Sequence record: SRR20825019_597
DNA: 49,210 nt
Strand: one strand, 5' to 3'
Shown here: positions 1 to 9,425 of the stretch, piece after piece
How the letters are laid out: each line of letters begins with the position of its first letter
Position numbering within the stretch: the stretch's first letter is position 1
Position numbers and translations under genes: made by a program
The notes under the pieces: generated by a model
The model's database searches: none
What the model was told of the DNA's origin: nothing
The model's input: the letters and a program-made list of their open reading frames with translations, nothing else

Positions 1-20
1 CCGATTGTCTGGTCGTCTCA
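1..20 (-). ncRNA. rnpB: Probable 5' end of RNase P RNA (continues beyond window edge)
   Basis: Minus strand reads GAGACGACCAGACAAUCGG, resembling the P1/P2 5' strand of type A RNase P RNA (E. coli GAAGCUGACCAGACAGUCGC). It lies just downstream of rsmI, a common gammaproteobacterial synteny, with a TAAAAT -10 box at 29-34 (minus). Only ~20 nt are visible. Confidence 0.55.
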
Positions 21-45
21 AGTCGACTATTTTACCTCAGCGCTT

Positions 46-894
46 TTATTTCTGCTGTAGTTTCAACGCCAGTTGATAGGCGTCGTTTTTACTGCAGCCG
101 GTAATGCCGGCCGTTATCGCCGCCGCCTTTTTCACCGGCAATTCCGCTAACAACAAAGCCAGCACCCGTTGCATCTCCTGTTCATCTGTCGTCACAACAT
201 CGGAAGCGCCCTCGATCAGCAACACACACTCGCCACGTTGCTGATTGGCATCTGCTGCCACCCAGTCACGCAAGTCCTGCAGTGATCGGGTTTCAATCGT
301 TTCATGAATCTTGGTCAGTTCCCTTGCCAGACAGGCGCGACGATCAGCACCGAATACCGCAATACACTCATTCAGCGTATCCAGCAGTCGGCGGGGGCTT
401 TCATAGAAGATTAGCGTTCGTTGGTCATTTTTCAGCTGTGACAACTGCTGACGACGGGCACCGGACTTGGGCGGCAGAAAACCCTCAAAACTGAACCGGT
501 CCGAAGCAATACCGGATGCTGACAATGCCGTGATTAAAGCGCAACTGCCGGGTACAGGCACCACCTGAATAGCATGAGACTTCACCAGAGTAACCAGTCG
601 ATAGCCCGGGTCACTGATAAGCGGTGTACCGGCATCACTGATAAGCGCTATAGATTCACCCGCCTGCAGTCGCTGCAATAACAGCTCGCTACGCTGCTGT
701 TCATTGTGCTCGTGCAGGGAGAGCAGTGGCGTCGTAATGGCAAAATGTTGTAACAAAGGCTTACTGTGGCGAGTATCTTCCGCGGCGATCAGATCCACTG
801 ACTTCAGCGTTTCAATGGCCCGCTCAGAGAAGTCACTCAAATTGCCTATCGGTGTGGCCACCACGAACAATTGTCCGGCTTGTGAAGCAGTCAC
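46..894 (-). CDS. rsmI: 16S rRNA (cytidine1402-2'-O)-methyltransferase
   Basis: LFVVATPIGNL, AAEDTRH, ISDAGTPLISDPG, FYESPRR and RELTKIHE motifs; divergent from lpoA. Confidence 0.97.
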   Translation of the reverse strand: MTASQAGQLFVVATPIGNLSDFSERAIETLKSVDLIAAEDTRHSKPLLQHFAITTPLLSLHEHNEQQRSELLLQRLQAGESIALISDAGTPLISDPGYRLVTLVKSHAIQVVPVPGSCALITALSASGIASDRFSFEGFLPPKSGARRQQLSQLKNDQRTLIFYESPRRLLDTLNECIAVFGADRRACLARELTKIHETIETRSLQDLRDWVAADANQQRGECVLLIEGASDVVTTDEQEMQRVLALLLAELPVKKAAAITAGITGCSKNDAYQLALKLQQK

Positions 895-985
895 AATTTT
901 TCCTTAATTCACTGTGTAATTGTGGTCGTAATATACGCGAACAGGTAAGATGATGCTTCCCATGTTAACAACACAGACACCAGAT

Positions 986-2842
986 ATGCCCCTCACACGC
1001 TTGTTGCTGTTACCGGCCATTATTCTCCTGTTCCTGACTGCCTGCCAGCCCGTTCAAGGTCCTTTAAGCAGAACCCAGCCCACAGAGATAGAAACGGTCC
1101 CGGCTGAAACTGAAGGGCAATATCAACAGGCTGCGGAAGAATACCTGCAATTGGCGACCGAATATGATGGTGAACGCCAGGCCCTTTACTTCCTGCGCGC
1201 AGCCGAATTGTTCTGGCAAACCGGCCAGGTTGAACAGGCCAACACCGCTCTGCAGCAGGTAAACAAACAGCTGCTGAGTAATGACAAGCAATTCAGTGCA
1301 GCGGTGGTCGGGGCAGAAATCGCGCTATTCAACAGTCAGGGTGAGGCGGCTTTGGCGGCACTGACAGATATAGATGTAAGCAGCCTCAACGCTGAAGACA
1401 GAGTCAAACTGCTGAAGCTGCGCTCTGATGCCTACACCCTCACCAGCAACTGGCTGGAAAAAGCCAACACCCATCTGCAGCTGGAAAAGTTACTAAGTGA
1501 TGAAGCGGCCATAGAGCAGAACCGCGAAACCCTGTGGCAGGCGCTCCAGCAAATGACGCCACAGGCGCTTGATCTCCACAACCCCGGTTATCCGCCTGCT
1601 GATGACAGCGGCTGGTTCGCGCTGGCCTATGCGATCAAGGCTTATCAGGACAACCCGGAAACATTAGAGGTCGCGCTGGAAGATTGGCGCCGCAGTTATC
1701 CCAATCATCCGGCGGATCCCAGCCTGTACAAAGACAGCCTCAAGGCTGCAGGCACCCGTCTGCCTCAGCAGATCGGTGATATTGCGGTGATGCTGCCTGT
1801 TGAGGGACCGTTTGTAGACGCGGGCCGTGCCATTAAACAAGGTATCATCGCAGCACACTATGCTAGTGGTGCCAGCAGCAGACTGCATTTTCTGGATGTA
1901 GAAACCGATCCTTACTCAGGGCGCAGTAATGTTGCCCAACTTTATCAGGAAGCCATCTCTCGCGGCGCAAGTGTGGTCATCGGCCCGCTGCAGAAGCCTT
2001 CTGTTGAAGCGCTGGCAAAACTACCTGATTTACCGGTGCCGGCGCTGGCGCTGAACCGTATCGAGGCCGGCTTGAAGCGACCGAATCTTTACCAGTTCGG
2101 TCTGGCACCGGAAGATGACGCCATGGCAGTGGCCGATTTTGCCCGCCGCAAAGGCTATCAACATGCCGTCATTCTGGCACCTCAGGGTGACTGGGGTGAC
2201 CGCGTCGCAACTGCCTTCAGCCAGGCATGGCGTGAAGAAGGGGGCAATATTCTATCGGTAGCCAGCTACAGCGAGTCCGAGAACGATTTCCGTGACACCT
2301 TGATTCCGTTGATGGGACTGGACGTCAGTGAACAGCGCTACCGTACCTTGAAAAGCGTATTGGGACGTTCACTGGATTTTGAACCGCGCCGGCGCCAGGA
2401 TATTGATTTTCTGTTCCTTGTCGCGAGACCACTTAAAGCCCGGCAACTGGTGCCTCAGCTCAAATTTCACCGTAGTGGTGACCTGCCTTTGATTGCAACC
2501 TCACATGCCTACAGCGGCCAAGCGGACCCACAGCAGGATATCGACTTAAACGATCTCATTATTACTGATATTCCATGGATGTTTGTTGATGAGACAAATC
2601 AGGATCAAGCCTATCAGGCAGTGCTCAGCCAGACACAGGGTAAACCCGGTAGTCTGCTCAGACTTTATGCAATGGGCACCGATGCCTACCGGCTGATTTC
2701 TGAACTCAATCAACTGAGCCGCCAGCCGGAACAGGTTTACCAGGGCGCAACCGGCGATCTGTCGGTTAACGAAGCGGGTCAGGTTGAACGCGAAATGCGC
2801 TGGGGTCAGTTCAAACAGGGCAGTCTCCAGCGCCTGCAGTGA
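986..2842 (+). CDS. lpoA: Penicillin-binding protein activator LpoA (LppC family lipoprotein)
   Basis: Lipobox FLTAC, TPR-like N-domain, WRRSYPNHPA, VIGPLQK, FGLAPEDDA and RLYAMGTDAY motifs; rsmI/yraN synteny. Start moved to ATG 986 (ORF track 950). Confidence 0.92.
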   Translation: MPLTRLLLLPAIILLFLTACQPVQGPLSRTQPTEIETVPAETEGQYQQAAEEYLQLATEYDGERQALYFLRAAELFWQTGQVEQANTALQQVNKQLLSNDKQFSAAVVGAEIALFNSQGEAALAALTDIDVSSLNAEDRVKLLKLRSDAYTLTSNWLEKANTHLQLEKLLSDEAAIEQNRETLWQALQQMTPQALDLHNPGYPPADDSGWFALAYAIKAYQDNPETLEVALEDWRRSYPNHPADPSLYKDSLKAAGTRLPQQIGDIAVMLPVEGPFVDAGRAIKQGIIAAHYASGASSRLHFLDVETDPYSGRSNVAQLYQEAISRGASVVIGPLQKPSVEALAKLPDLPVPALALNRIEAGLKRPNLYQFGLAPEDDAMAVADFARRKGYQHAVILAPQGDWGDRVATAFSQAWREEGGNILSVASYSESENDFRDTLIPLMGLDVSEQRYRTLKSVLGRSLDFEPRRRQDIDFLFLVARPLKARQLVPQLKFHRSGDLPLIATSHAYSGQADPQQDIDLNDLIITDIPWMFVDETNQDQAYQAVLSQTQGKPGSLLRLYAMGTDAYRLISELNQLSRQPEQVYQGATGDLSVNEAGQVEREMRWGQFKQGSLQRLQ

Positions 2843-2843
2843 T

Positions 2844-3206
2844 ATGCTATTTGCCAGGGATAAAGGCACAGAAGTAGAAACAGCAGTTTGCCGCTATCTG
2901 CAAAAACAGGGCTTGAAGCTGCTGACCCGCAATTATCATAGTCGCGGCGGTGAGATTGATCTTATTATGCAGCATGGTACTGTGCTGGTTTTTATTGAGG
3001 TCCGCTTTCGTCGCAGTTCGGCCTATGGCACAGCGGCAGAAACGGTGACCCGAACCAAACAGAGAAGGCTGATCCATACCGCTGAGCAGTATCTGCAGCG
3101 TCATCGCATCCAGCATGACAGCTGTCGATTTGATGTGGTCGGCGTGAGCCTCGCAAACAATGGTTACGAGATGCAGTGGATACAGAATGCCTTTGAACAA
3201 GGCTGA
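2844..3206 (+). CDS. yraN: YraN family (UPF0102) PD-(D/E)XK nuclease-like protein
   Basis: RNYHSRGGEIDLIM, FIEVRFR and CRFDVV motifs; ATG at 2844 directly after the lpoA stop. Confidence 0.93.
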   Translation: MLFARDKGTEVETAVCRYLQKQGLKLLTRNYHSRGGEIDLIMQHGTVLVFIEVRFRRSSAYGTAAETVTRTKQRRLIHTAEQYLQRHRIQHDSCRFDVVGVSLANNGYEMQWIQNAFEQG

Positions 3207-3272
3207 AGTTAAGCTGGTCAATCAAGACCAGAACAGCAACAATAAACACATTCTAATTGAGGATTGCTCAGT

Positions 3273-3848
3273 ATGACTAAGTTAAAAAATCTTGCCTGGC
3301 TGGCTCTCCCTGTCCTGCTAATTCAGGGCTGTGCACCTGCCGTTGTCGGTGGTGCTGCCACAGGGGCAGCGGTGGCCTATGATCGACGCACTACAGGAAC
3401 GGTAATTGATGATCAGGGTATCGAGTTCAAAGCCGCCTATGCGCTGTTTGACAACAAGGAAATTTACGACCAGAGTCATATCAATGTCACCAGCTTCAAC
3501 GGCGTGGTATTGCTCACCGGTGAGACGCCGAGCGAATCACTGAAGCAAAAAGCGACTGCCGAAGTGAAACAGATTCCTAAAGTCAAACGGATTCATAATG
3601 AACTGGCAATCGCGGCACCCAGTGCCTTGCCCTCTCGCAGTACCGATACCTGGATTACTTCTAAAATCAAAGCCAAAATGGCCACCGATGAACGCATTGA
3701 TCCTTTTCATATCAAGGTCGTGACTGAACGGGGCATCGTCTATCTGCTGGGGCTGGTCAGCCGCGCTGAAGCTCAACAGGCGGTCAATCTGGTGACGAAT
3801 ACGGCTGGCGTTCAGCGTGTAGTTAAAATCTTTGAATATACTGATTAG
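3273..3848 (+). CDS. dolP: Dual BON-domain lipoprotein DolP/YraP
   Basis: Lipobox IQGC, DRRTTGTVIDD, two BON domains (NGVVLLTG; DTWITSKIK...VYLLGLV), C-terminal VVKIFEY. Confidence 0.88.
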   Translation: MTKLKNLAWLALPVLLIQGCAPAVVGGAATGAAVAYDRRTTGTVIDDQGIEFKAAYALFDNKEIYDQSHINVTSFNGVVLLTGETPSESLKQKATAEVKQIPKVKRIHNELAIAAPSALPSRSTDTWITSKIKAKMATDERIDPFHIKVVTERGIVYLLGLVSRAEAQQAVNLVTNTAGVQRVVKIFEYTD

Positions 3849-3866
3849 GCGATTTTGCTTATACGG

Positions 3867-3892
3867 AAAAGGCTCCCGAGGGAGCCTTTTTT
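3867..3892. terminator. Bidirectional intrinsic terminator between dolP and hemJ
   Basis: AAAAGGCTCCC-GA-GGGAGCCTTTTTT hairpin flanked by A and T tracts, between convergent genes. Confidence 0.9.
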
Positions 3893-3899
3893 ATTGCTG

Positions 3900-4328
3900 T
3901 CAGAAAGGTTTCACCACCGCCAGAATAATCACGACGATTAACAGTAAGACCGGGAACTCGTTAAACCAGCGATAAAAACGATGACTGCGCTGGTTATTAT
4001 CAGCAGCAAACTGTCTGAGCATGCGGCCGCAGACACCATGATAGGCAAATAACAGAATCACCAAAGTCAGTTTGGCATGCAGCCAGCCCATCGTGGCAAT
4101 CTGCTCCAGCGAATAAAAGCTTAGTAGCCACAGTCCAAACACCAGGGTGAGAATGGCACTGGGGGTCATGATGCCGCGGTAAAGTTTACGCTCCATGATT
4201 TTAAAGCGCGCATTACCAGCTTCATCCTCACAGAGGGCGTGATAGACAAACAATCGGGGCAGGTAGAACATAGCCGAGAACCAGGTCACGATAAATATCA
4301 GATGGAAGGCTTTGACCCACAGCATCAC
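3900..4328 (-). CDS. hemJ: Protoporphyrinogen oxidase HemJ
   Basis: WVKAFH, FYLPRLFVYH, MERKLYRGIM, WLHAKL, RWFNEFP and VVKPF motifs. Confidence 0.95.
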   Translation of the reverse strand: MMLWVKAFHLIFIVTWFSAMFYLPRLFVYHALCEDEAGNARFKIMERKLYRGIMTPSAILTLVFGLWLLSFYSLEQIATMGWLHAKLTLVILLFAYHGVCGRMLRQFAADNNQRSHRFYRWFNEFPVLLLIVVIILAVVKPF

Positions 4329-4385
4329 TTACTCCTGTGTTGAAAACAGTGATAGTATCAAATGAAGTTAACGGGGAGTGGACAA

Positions 4386-4769
4386 ATGACCGATCACGCA
4401 ACGCAGGAAAGACGTCGTTTCAGCCGCATTCCATTTGATGCAATCGCCCATATCAACACCGATGACGGTGATGAATTTCTTAATTGCACCGTGCTGGATG
4501 TATCGTTAAAAGGCCTGCTTATTGTCAAACCCGGCCAGTGGCAGGCGCGGCTGGGGCAGGCCTGTGTGGTGGATTTACTGCTCGAGCAGGGACAGGTTGT
4601 TATTGAGATGCATGCGACTGTCGCGCATATTGATGACGACACTATCGGCTTTGAATCACGTGAAATCGATCTGGACAGCATCACCCATCTGAAAAGGTTG
4701 ATGGAACTCAACCTGGGCGACGAGGGCCTGCTTCACCGTGAGCTTTCAGCCCTGATAGAAAAGCATTAG
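4386..4769 (+). CDS. Stand-alone PilZ domain c-di-GMP-binding protein
   Basis: RRRFSR (RxxxR) and DVSLKG (DxSxxG) motifs; C-terminal IDLDSITHLKRLMELN helix; GGGGAG SD before ATG 4386. Confidence 0.88.
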   Translation: MTDHATQERRRFSRIPFDAIAHINTDDGDEFLNCTVLDVSLKGLLIVKPGQWQARLGQACVVDLLLEQGQVVIEMHATVAHIDDDTIGFESREIDLDSITHLKRLMELNLGDEGLLHRELSALIEKH

Positions 4770-6160
4770 CCGGTTGCCTCTCTCAAGGCATTGATCACTT
4801 CTGACAGGTGTCTGACCGGTGTCACCTTAATCTCTTTGCTCGCCTTACGAGGCGCATTGGCGGCAGGGACAATCGCATGAGAAAAGCCATGTTTGCCTGC
4901 ATCACGAATCCGCTCTTCACCAGCCTGGACCGGACGGATTTCACCGGTCAGCCCGACCTCGCCGAAAAGGACCCAGTCTCTGGGTAAGGCGCGGTTTCTC
5001 AAACTGGAAATAATCGCTGCCAGTACCGCCAGATCAGCACCGGTTTCGCTCAGTTTTACTCCACCGACCACATTGATGAACACATCCTGATCATGACAGG
5101 TAATACCGCCATGCCGATGCAGAATCGCCAGCAGCATTGCCAGCCGGTTCTGTTCCAGCCCTACTGTCACGCGTCGCGGGTTGCCCAGCGGACTACTGTC
5201 AACCAAAGCCTGTACCTCAACCAGCATCGGCCGGCTGCCCTCACGGATGACGGTCACCACGCTGCCCGGCACCGCTTCCTCACCTCGTGTCAGAAAAATC
5301 GCTGACGGGTTACTGACTTCTTTCAGGCCCAGCTCCGTCATTCCGAACACGCCCAGTTCATTGACGGCGCCAAAGCGGTTTTTCACCGCCCGCAGAATGC
5401 GGAAACGGGTTGATGTATCGCCCTCAAAATACAAGACGGTGTCGACCATATGTTCCAGAACCCGGGGTCCTGCCAAGGCTCCCTGCTTGGTAACATGACC
5501 GACCAGAATCATCGTGGTACCACTGGATTTGGCATAGCGCACCAGTTGCGCCGCACTCTCTCGAACCTGCGCTACGGTGCCCGGTGCCGACTGCAGTTGC
5601 TCAGTGAACACGGTCTGAATCGAATCAATGACCATAACCTGCGGTTTACGTTGCTCGGCGGTGGCGATCATCTGTTCGGCATGGGTTTCAGCCAGCAGTT
5701 CCAATGGCGCCTGTTCCAGTTGCAGTCTTTCTGCACGCAAACGAATTTGCTGCAAAGATTCCTCACCGCTGATATAAAGCGGTTTGATCCCACTGCTATC
5801 AGCCATGATAGCCATGGCCTGCAACAGCAGCGTCGATTTACCTATCCCCGGATCACCCCCAATCAACACCACTGAGCCGGTGACCAGGCCGCCGCCCAGA
5901 ACACGATCCAGTTCCGGTAAGCCGGTCGTCCAGCGAACTGCCTGCTCGGATTTGACTTCGGACAGCGCCTGCACCTGTTTTTTCTGTTCGCCGGCATAAC
6001 CGCTATGGCGCTGAATCGCAGCCTGGGAAGCCGAAGATGCGCCAGCCTGAATTTCTTCGATGAGACTGTTCCAGGCACCACAATCATTGCAGCGCCCGGC
6101 CCATTGCGGTGTCTGAGCGCCACATTCCTTGCAGACATAAATGCGTTTTGCTTTAGCCAT
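4766..6160 (-). CDS. radA: DNA repair protein RadA/Sms
   Basis: C4 zinc finger (CKECG...CNDCG), Walker A GDPGIGKS, KNRFG motif, Lon-like C-terminus; start at MAKAK (6160). Confidence 0.97.
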   Translation of the reverse strand: MAKAKRIYVCKECGAQTPQWAGRCNDCGAWNSLIEEIQAGASSASQAAIQRHSGYAGEQKKQVQALSEVKSEQAVRWTTGLPELDRVLGGGLVTGSVVLIGGDPGIGKSTLLLQAMAIMADSSGIKPLYISGEESLQQIRLRAERLQLEQAPLELLAETHAEQMIATAEQRKPQVMVIDSIQTVFTEQLQSAPGTVAQVRESAAQLVRYAKSSGTTMILVGHVTKQGALAGPRVLEHMVDTVLYFEGDTSTRFRILRAVKNRFGAVNELGVFGMTELGLKEVSNPSAIFLTRGEEAVPGSVVTVIREGSRPMLVEVQALVDSSPLGNPRRVTVGLEQNRLAMLLAILHRHGGITCHDQDVFINVVGGVKLSETGADLAVLAAIISSLRNRALPRDWVLFGEVGLTGEIRPVQAGEERIRDAGKHGFSHAIVPAANAPRKASKEIKVTPVRHLSEVINALREATG

Positions 6161-7238
6161 CTGACCGTTCCCTGTGTACTCGCTGACAAACGACCGTGAC
6201 CAGTTCGTAGGGAATCGTCCCGGCCAGCTCGGCCAGTTGTTCAACAGGCAGTTCCGGTTTGCCCCAAAGAATCACTTCATCACCGACGACTGCCTGTTCA
6301 AAATCGTTGAGGTTAAGACAAATCGTATCCATCGACACACGTCCTACTACGGGGGCTTTCTGTCCGCGAAGCAGCACCTCGGACTTGTTAGAAAGGTGGC
6401 GGTTATATCCATCGCCGTAGCCAATGCTGGCGATCCCGATTCGGGTTGGCACTTCGGCAGTCCAGTCGCCGCCGTAACCAACCTCTTCACCCGCATCAAT
6501 ATCATAAACGGCGATAAGCCGGGTTTTAAGCTGCATCACAGGCTCAAGGCCCATCTCGTGGCCTGATTTATCATCAAACGGTGAAATACCGTACAGCATC
6601 AGACCGGGCCGGACCCAGTCCAGATGAGATTCAGGATAAGAGATCACCGCCGCGGAATTGGCTAAACAAACCGCTAAGCCGGTTTGTTCCCGTAAAGTCT
6701 GCATCGGCGCCAGTTGCTGCTGGTTGCGTTTATCACCCACCAGATCGGAGTTGGCAAAATGACTCATCAGGCCGATTTCATCACTGAGATTGTCGCAGGC
6801 TTTGAGGATCTCCAGTGCCGCCGGTGCCTGCTCCGGTGTGATACCGAGACGGTGCATGCCGCTGTCGATCATCAGCCAGTTGAACTGAAGTGCTTGCGGA
6901 AGCGCTATGGTCTGCAACAATTGGATCTGGCTGTGCAGATGAATCACCGGGGAGAGTTGATAATTTGCTGCAGCGATAAAATCGGCTTCGGTATTGACGC
7001 CTTCCAGTAGCACAATTGGCTTTTCAATACCCTGCTGGCGCAGGTGAATGCCCTCACTGAGTCTGGCAACGGCAAAGGCATCACTGTCAGCCAGTGCTTC
7101 GGCCACCGCCATTACGCCGTGACCGTAGGCATCTGCTTTAATCACACTCATCACCTGACTGTTCGGAGCAAAAGCGCGAACACGGGCAAGATTATGTCGT
7201 AAAGCAGCCAGATTGATGGAAGCGACGGGAAACGCCAA
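6153..7238 (-). CDS. alr: Alanine racemase
   Basis: VIKADAYGHG PLP lysine motif, DSGMHRLG, VRPGLMLYG, GYGDG, GRVSMD. Confidence 0.97.
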   Translation of the reverse strand: MAFPVASINLAALRHNLARVRAFAPNSQVMSVIKADAYGHGVMAVAEALADSDAFAVARLSEGIHLRQQGIEKPIVLLEGVNTEADFIAAANYQLSPVIHLHSQIQLLQTIALPQALQFNWLMIDSGMHRLGITPEQAPAALEILKACDNLSDEIGLMSHFANSDLVGDKRNQQQLAPMQTLREQTGLAVCLANSAAVISYPESHLDWVRPGLMLYGISPFDDKSGHEMGLEPVMQLKTRLIAVYDIDAGEEVGYGGDWTAEVPTRIGIASIGYGDGYNRHLSNKSEVLLRGQKAPVVGRVSMDTICLNLNDFEQAVVGDEVILWGKPELPVEQLAELAGTIPYELVTVVCQRVHRERSDG

Positions 7239-7240
7239 GA

Positions 7241-8653
7241 TTATTCTCCGTCGTAACCCATTTGATCATCATAATAGCTGGGGGCGAAATTCTCGAAACG
7301 GGTGTATTTGCCCTGGAAGGTCAGTGCAACAGTGCCAATCGGACCATTACGCTGTTTGCCGATAATGATTTCAGCTTTGCCTTTGTCAGCTGAGTCTTCG
7401 TTGTAAACTTCATCACGGTAAATAAACACGATAATATCCGCATCCTGTTCAATCGCCCCTGATTCACGCAGATCCGACATGACAGGGCGTTTATTGGGCC
7501 GCTGTTCGAGACTGCGGTTTAGCTGCGACAACGCAATTAACGGTACATCCAGTTCTTTTGCCAGCGCTTTCAGCGAACGGGAAATCTCGGAAATCTCGGT
7601 CGCACGGTTTTCCGCCGCCCTGCCGGCATTGCCCTGCATCAACTGCAGATAGTCGATGACAATCAGACTGAGGCCATGTTCACGCTTGAGCCGGCGGGCA
7701 CGGGCACGCAATTCAGTCGGTGACAGGGCCGGGGTGTCATCAATAAACAGCGGCGCCTCATTAAGCAGGGCGATTGCCGATGTCAGCCTGGGCCAATCAT
7801 CATCATTGAGCTTACCGGTACGCAGGCGATGCTGGTCAATACGGCCCAGTGAGGACAGCATCCGCATGGCCAGTGCATCTGCCGGCATTTCCATGCTGAA
7901 CACGGCCACCGGCTTTTTACTGTGAATCGCACCATTCTCGGCAATATTCATGGCAAAGGTGGTTTTACCCATTGACGGCCGGCCGGCCACGATAATCAGA
8001 TCGGCAGCCTGTAGACCCGAGGTCTGTTCATCGAAATCAAGAAAGCCGGTCGGCAGACCGGTAATGGAGCTGTCCTGTTCGAACAGCGAGTCGATACGAT
8101 CGACAACCTTGCTGAGTACATCCTTGACCTGAATAAAGCCACCACCCCGCTTGGCGCCTTTTTCAGCAATTTCGAAGACATAGCGCTCGGCAATATCGAG
8201 CATTTCTTCCTTGGTCATGCCTTCCGGTTTGAAGGCCATGTTGGAAATGCTGTTACCAACCTTGATCAGTTGCCGCAGGATCGCCCGTTCGCGAACGATT
8301 TCAGCATAGGCGCTGATATTGGCTGCACTGGGGGTATTGCGGGCCAGCATGCCCAGATAAGCGAGTTCACCGACCTGGTCCAGTTCACCGCGTTTGTCAT
8401 GCCATTCCGCAAGGGTAATGACATCGACCGGTTGTGACTGCTCCACCAACTGCGCAATCGCACGGAAAATCAACTGGTGGTCGTGTCGATAGAAGTCCTG
8501 CTCGACAAGGACATCCGCCACATGTTCCCAGGCGCTGTTATCAAGCATCAGGCCGCCCAGCACAGACTGTTCAGCTTCTACGGAATGAGGCGGGACTTTC
8601 AGGGCCTCTGTGGCGGTATCCTTGAACGATTCTGGATAACTGATTTCTTCCAC
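7241..8653 (-). CDS. dnaB: Replicative DNA helicase
   Basis: PPHSVEAEQSVLG, GRPSMGKT, IDYLQLM, SDLRESGAIEQDAD and KQRNGP motifs; no intein. Confidence 0.98.
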   Translation of the reverse strand: MEEISYPESFKDTATEALKVPPHSVEAEQSVLGGLMLDNSAWEHVADVLVEQDFYRHDHQLIFRAIAQLVEQSQPVDVITLAEWHDKRGELDQVGELAYLGMLARNTPSAANISAYAEIVRERAILRQLIKVGNSISNMAFKPEGMTKEEMLDIAERYVFEIAEKGAKRGGGFIQVKDVLSKVVDRIDSLFEQDSSITGLPTGFLDFDEQTSGLQAADLIIVAGRPSMGKTTFAMNIAENGAIHSKKPVAVFSMEMPADALAMRMLSSLGRIDQHRLRTGKLNDDDWPRLTSAIALLNEAPLFIDDTPALSPTELRARARRLKREHGLSLIVIDYLQLMQGNAGRAAENRATEISEISRSLKALAKELDVPLIALSQLNRSLEQRPNKRPVMSDLRESGAIEQDADIIVFIYRDEVYNEDSADKGKAEIIIGKQRNGPIGTVALTFQGKYTRFENFAPSYYDDQMGYDGE

Positions 8654-8673
8654 AGTGCCACCTAAACCCGATT

Positions 8674-8708
8674 AAGAAAGAAACAAAATACAACTCAGAG
8701 CTGAGTTG
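8674..8708 (-). terminator. Terminator-like hairpin just upstream of dnaB
   Basis: CAACTCAG-N2-CTGAGTTG perfect inverted repeat (8691-8708) followed on the minus strand by UAUUUUGUUUCUUUC. Confidence 0.55.
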
Positions 8709-8719
8709 AAAGTTTAGCA

Positions 8720-8747
8720 GAAAACAGGACCGGGCAAACCCGGTCCT
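8720..8747 (-). terminator. Intrinsic terminator downstream of rplI
   Basis: AGGACCGGG-N4-CCCGGTCCT stem (8726-8747) followed on the minus strand by GUUUUC. Confidence 0.65.
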
Positions 8748-8828
8748 TATGCTTTCAGCGTCAAACTAAGCTGGTCGACTCAGCACAGGCCTGTTTCTGC
8801 GCTGGCTGAAGTCTCTCAGCTGTCAGCA

Positions 8829-9377
8829 TTAAGCGTCTTCTTGAGCTTTAGCAATTGCTTCTGCTTCGTCGCGAGCCACATCACGTGCTTTTCTCGCTTC
8901 TTCCGCTTCAGCGCGTGCCTGCAGTTCGGCTTCCGAAGTCACGGTCACTTTGACTGTGACAATCACGTCTGCGTGCAGCTGAATATCAATGTTGTATTCA
9001 CCTGTGTGACGCAGCGGACCGGTCGGCAGGCGTACTTCATTGCGATCCACTTCTGCACCGGCAGCATTCAACGCATCAGCGATGTCTGCAGCGGTGATGG
9101 AACCGAACAATTTACCTTCTACACCGGCGTTAGCCATGATGTTCAGATCACCAGCAGCATCCAGTTTCGCTTTGCGATTTTCTGCTTCAGCCAGGACTTT
9201 AGCCGCTGCGGCTTCCAGTTCAGCACGACGTGCTTCAAATTTTTCTCTGTTGAGCTTGGTGGCAGGCAGTGCTTTACCGGTTGGTACCAGGAAATTACGG
9301 CCATAGCCGGATTTAACGGTGACTTCCTCACCCAGGCTACCAAGCTTTTGAACTTTTTCTAGCAAAATTACTTGCAT
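8829..9377 (-). CDS. rplI: 50S ribosomal protein L9 (bL9) with C-terminal extension
   Basis: [22 protein letters not shown] and GKLFGSIT motifs; start at 9377. Confidence 0.97.
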   Translation of the reverse strand: MQVILLEKVQKLGSLGEEVTVKSGYGRNFLVPTGKALPATKLNREKFEARRAELEAAAAKVLAEAENRKAKLDAAGDLNIMANAGVEGKLFGSITAADIADALNAAGAEVDRNEVRLPTGPLRHTGEYNIDIQLHADVIVTVKVTVTSEAELQARAEAEEARKARDVARDEAEAIAKAQEDA

Positions 9378-9425
9378 CGTTCTACCCTCATTCGCAGTCA
9401 AAGACTGCTTATTCAAAACTCCGCG

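Noticed and set aside
6161..6244. N-terminal extension of RadA in the ORF track (likewise for RplI, HpnC, YraN, DUF934 and the glycosylase)
   Set aside because: Longest-ORF artefact overlapping the upstream gene; conserved N-termini begin at downstream ATGs
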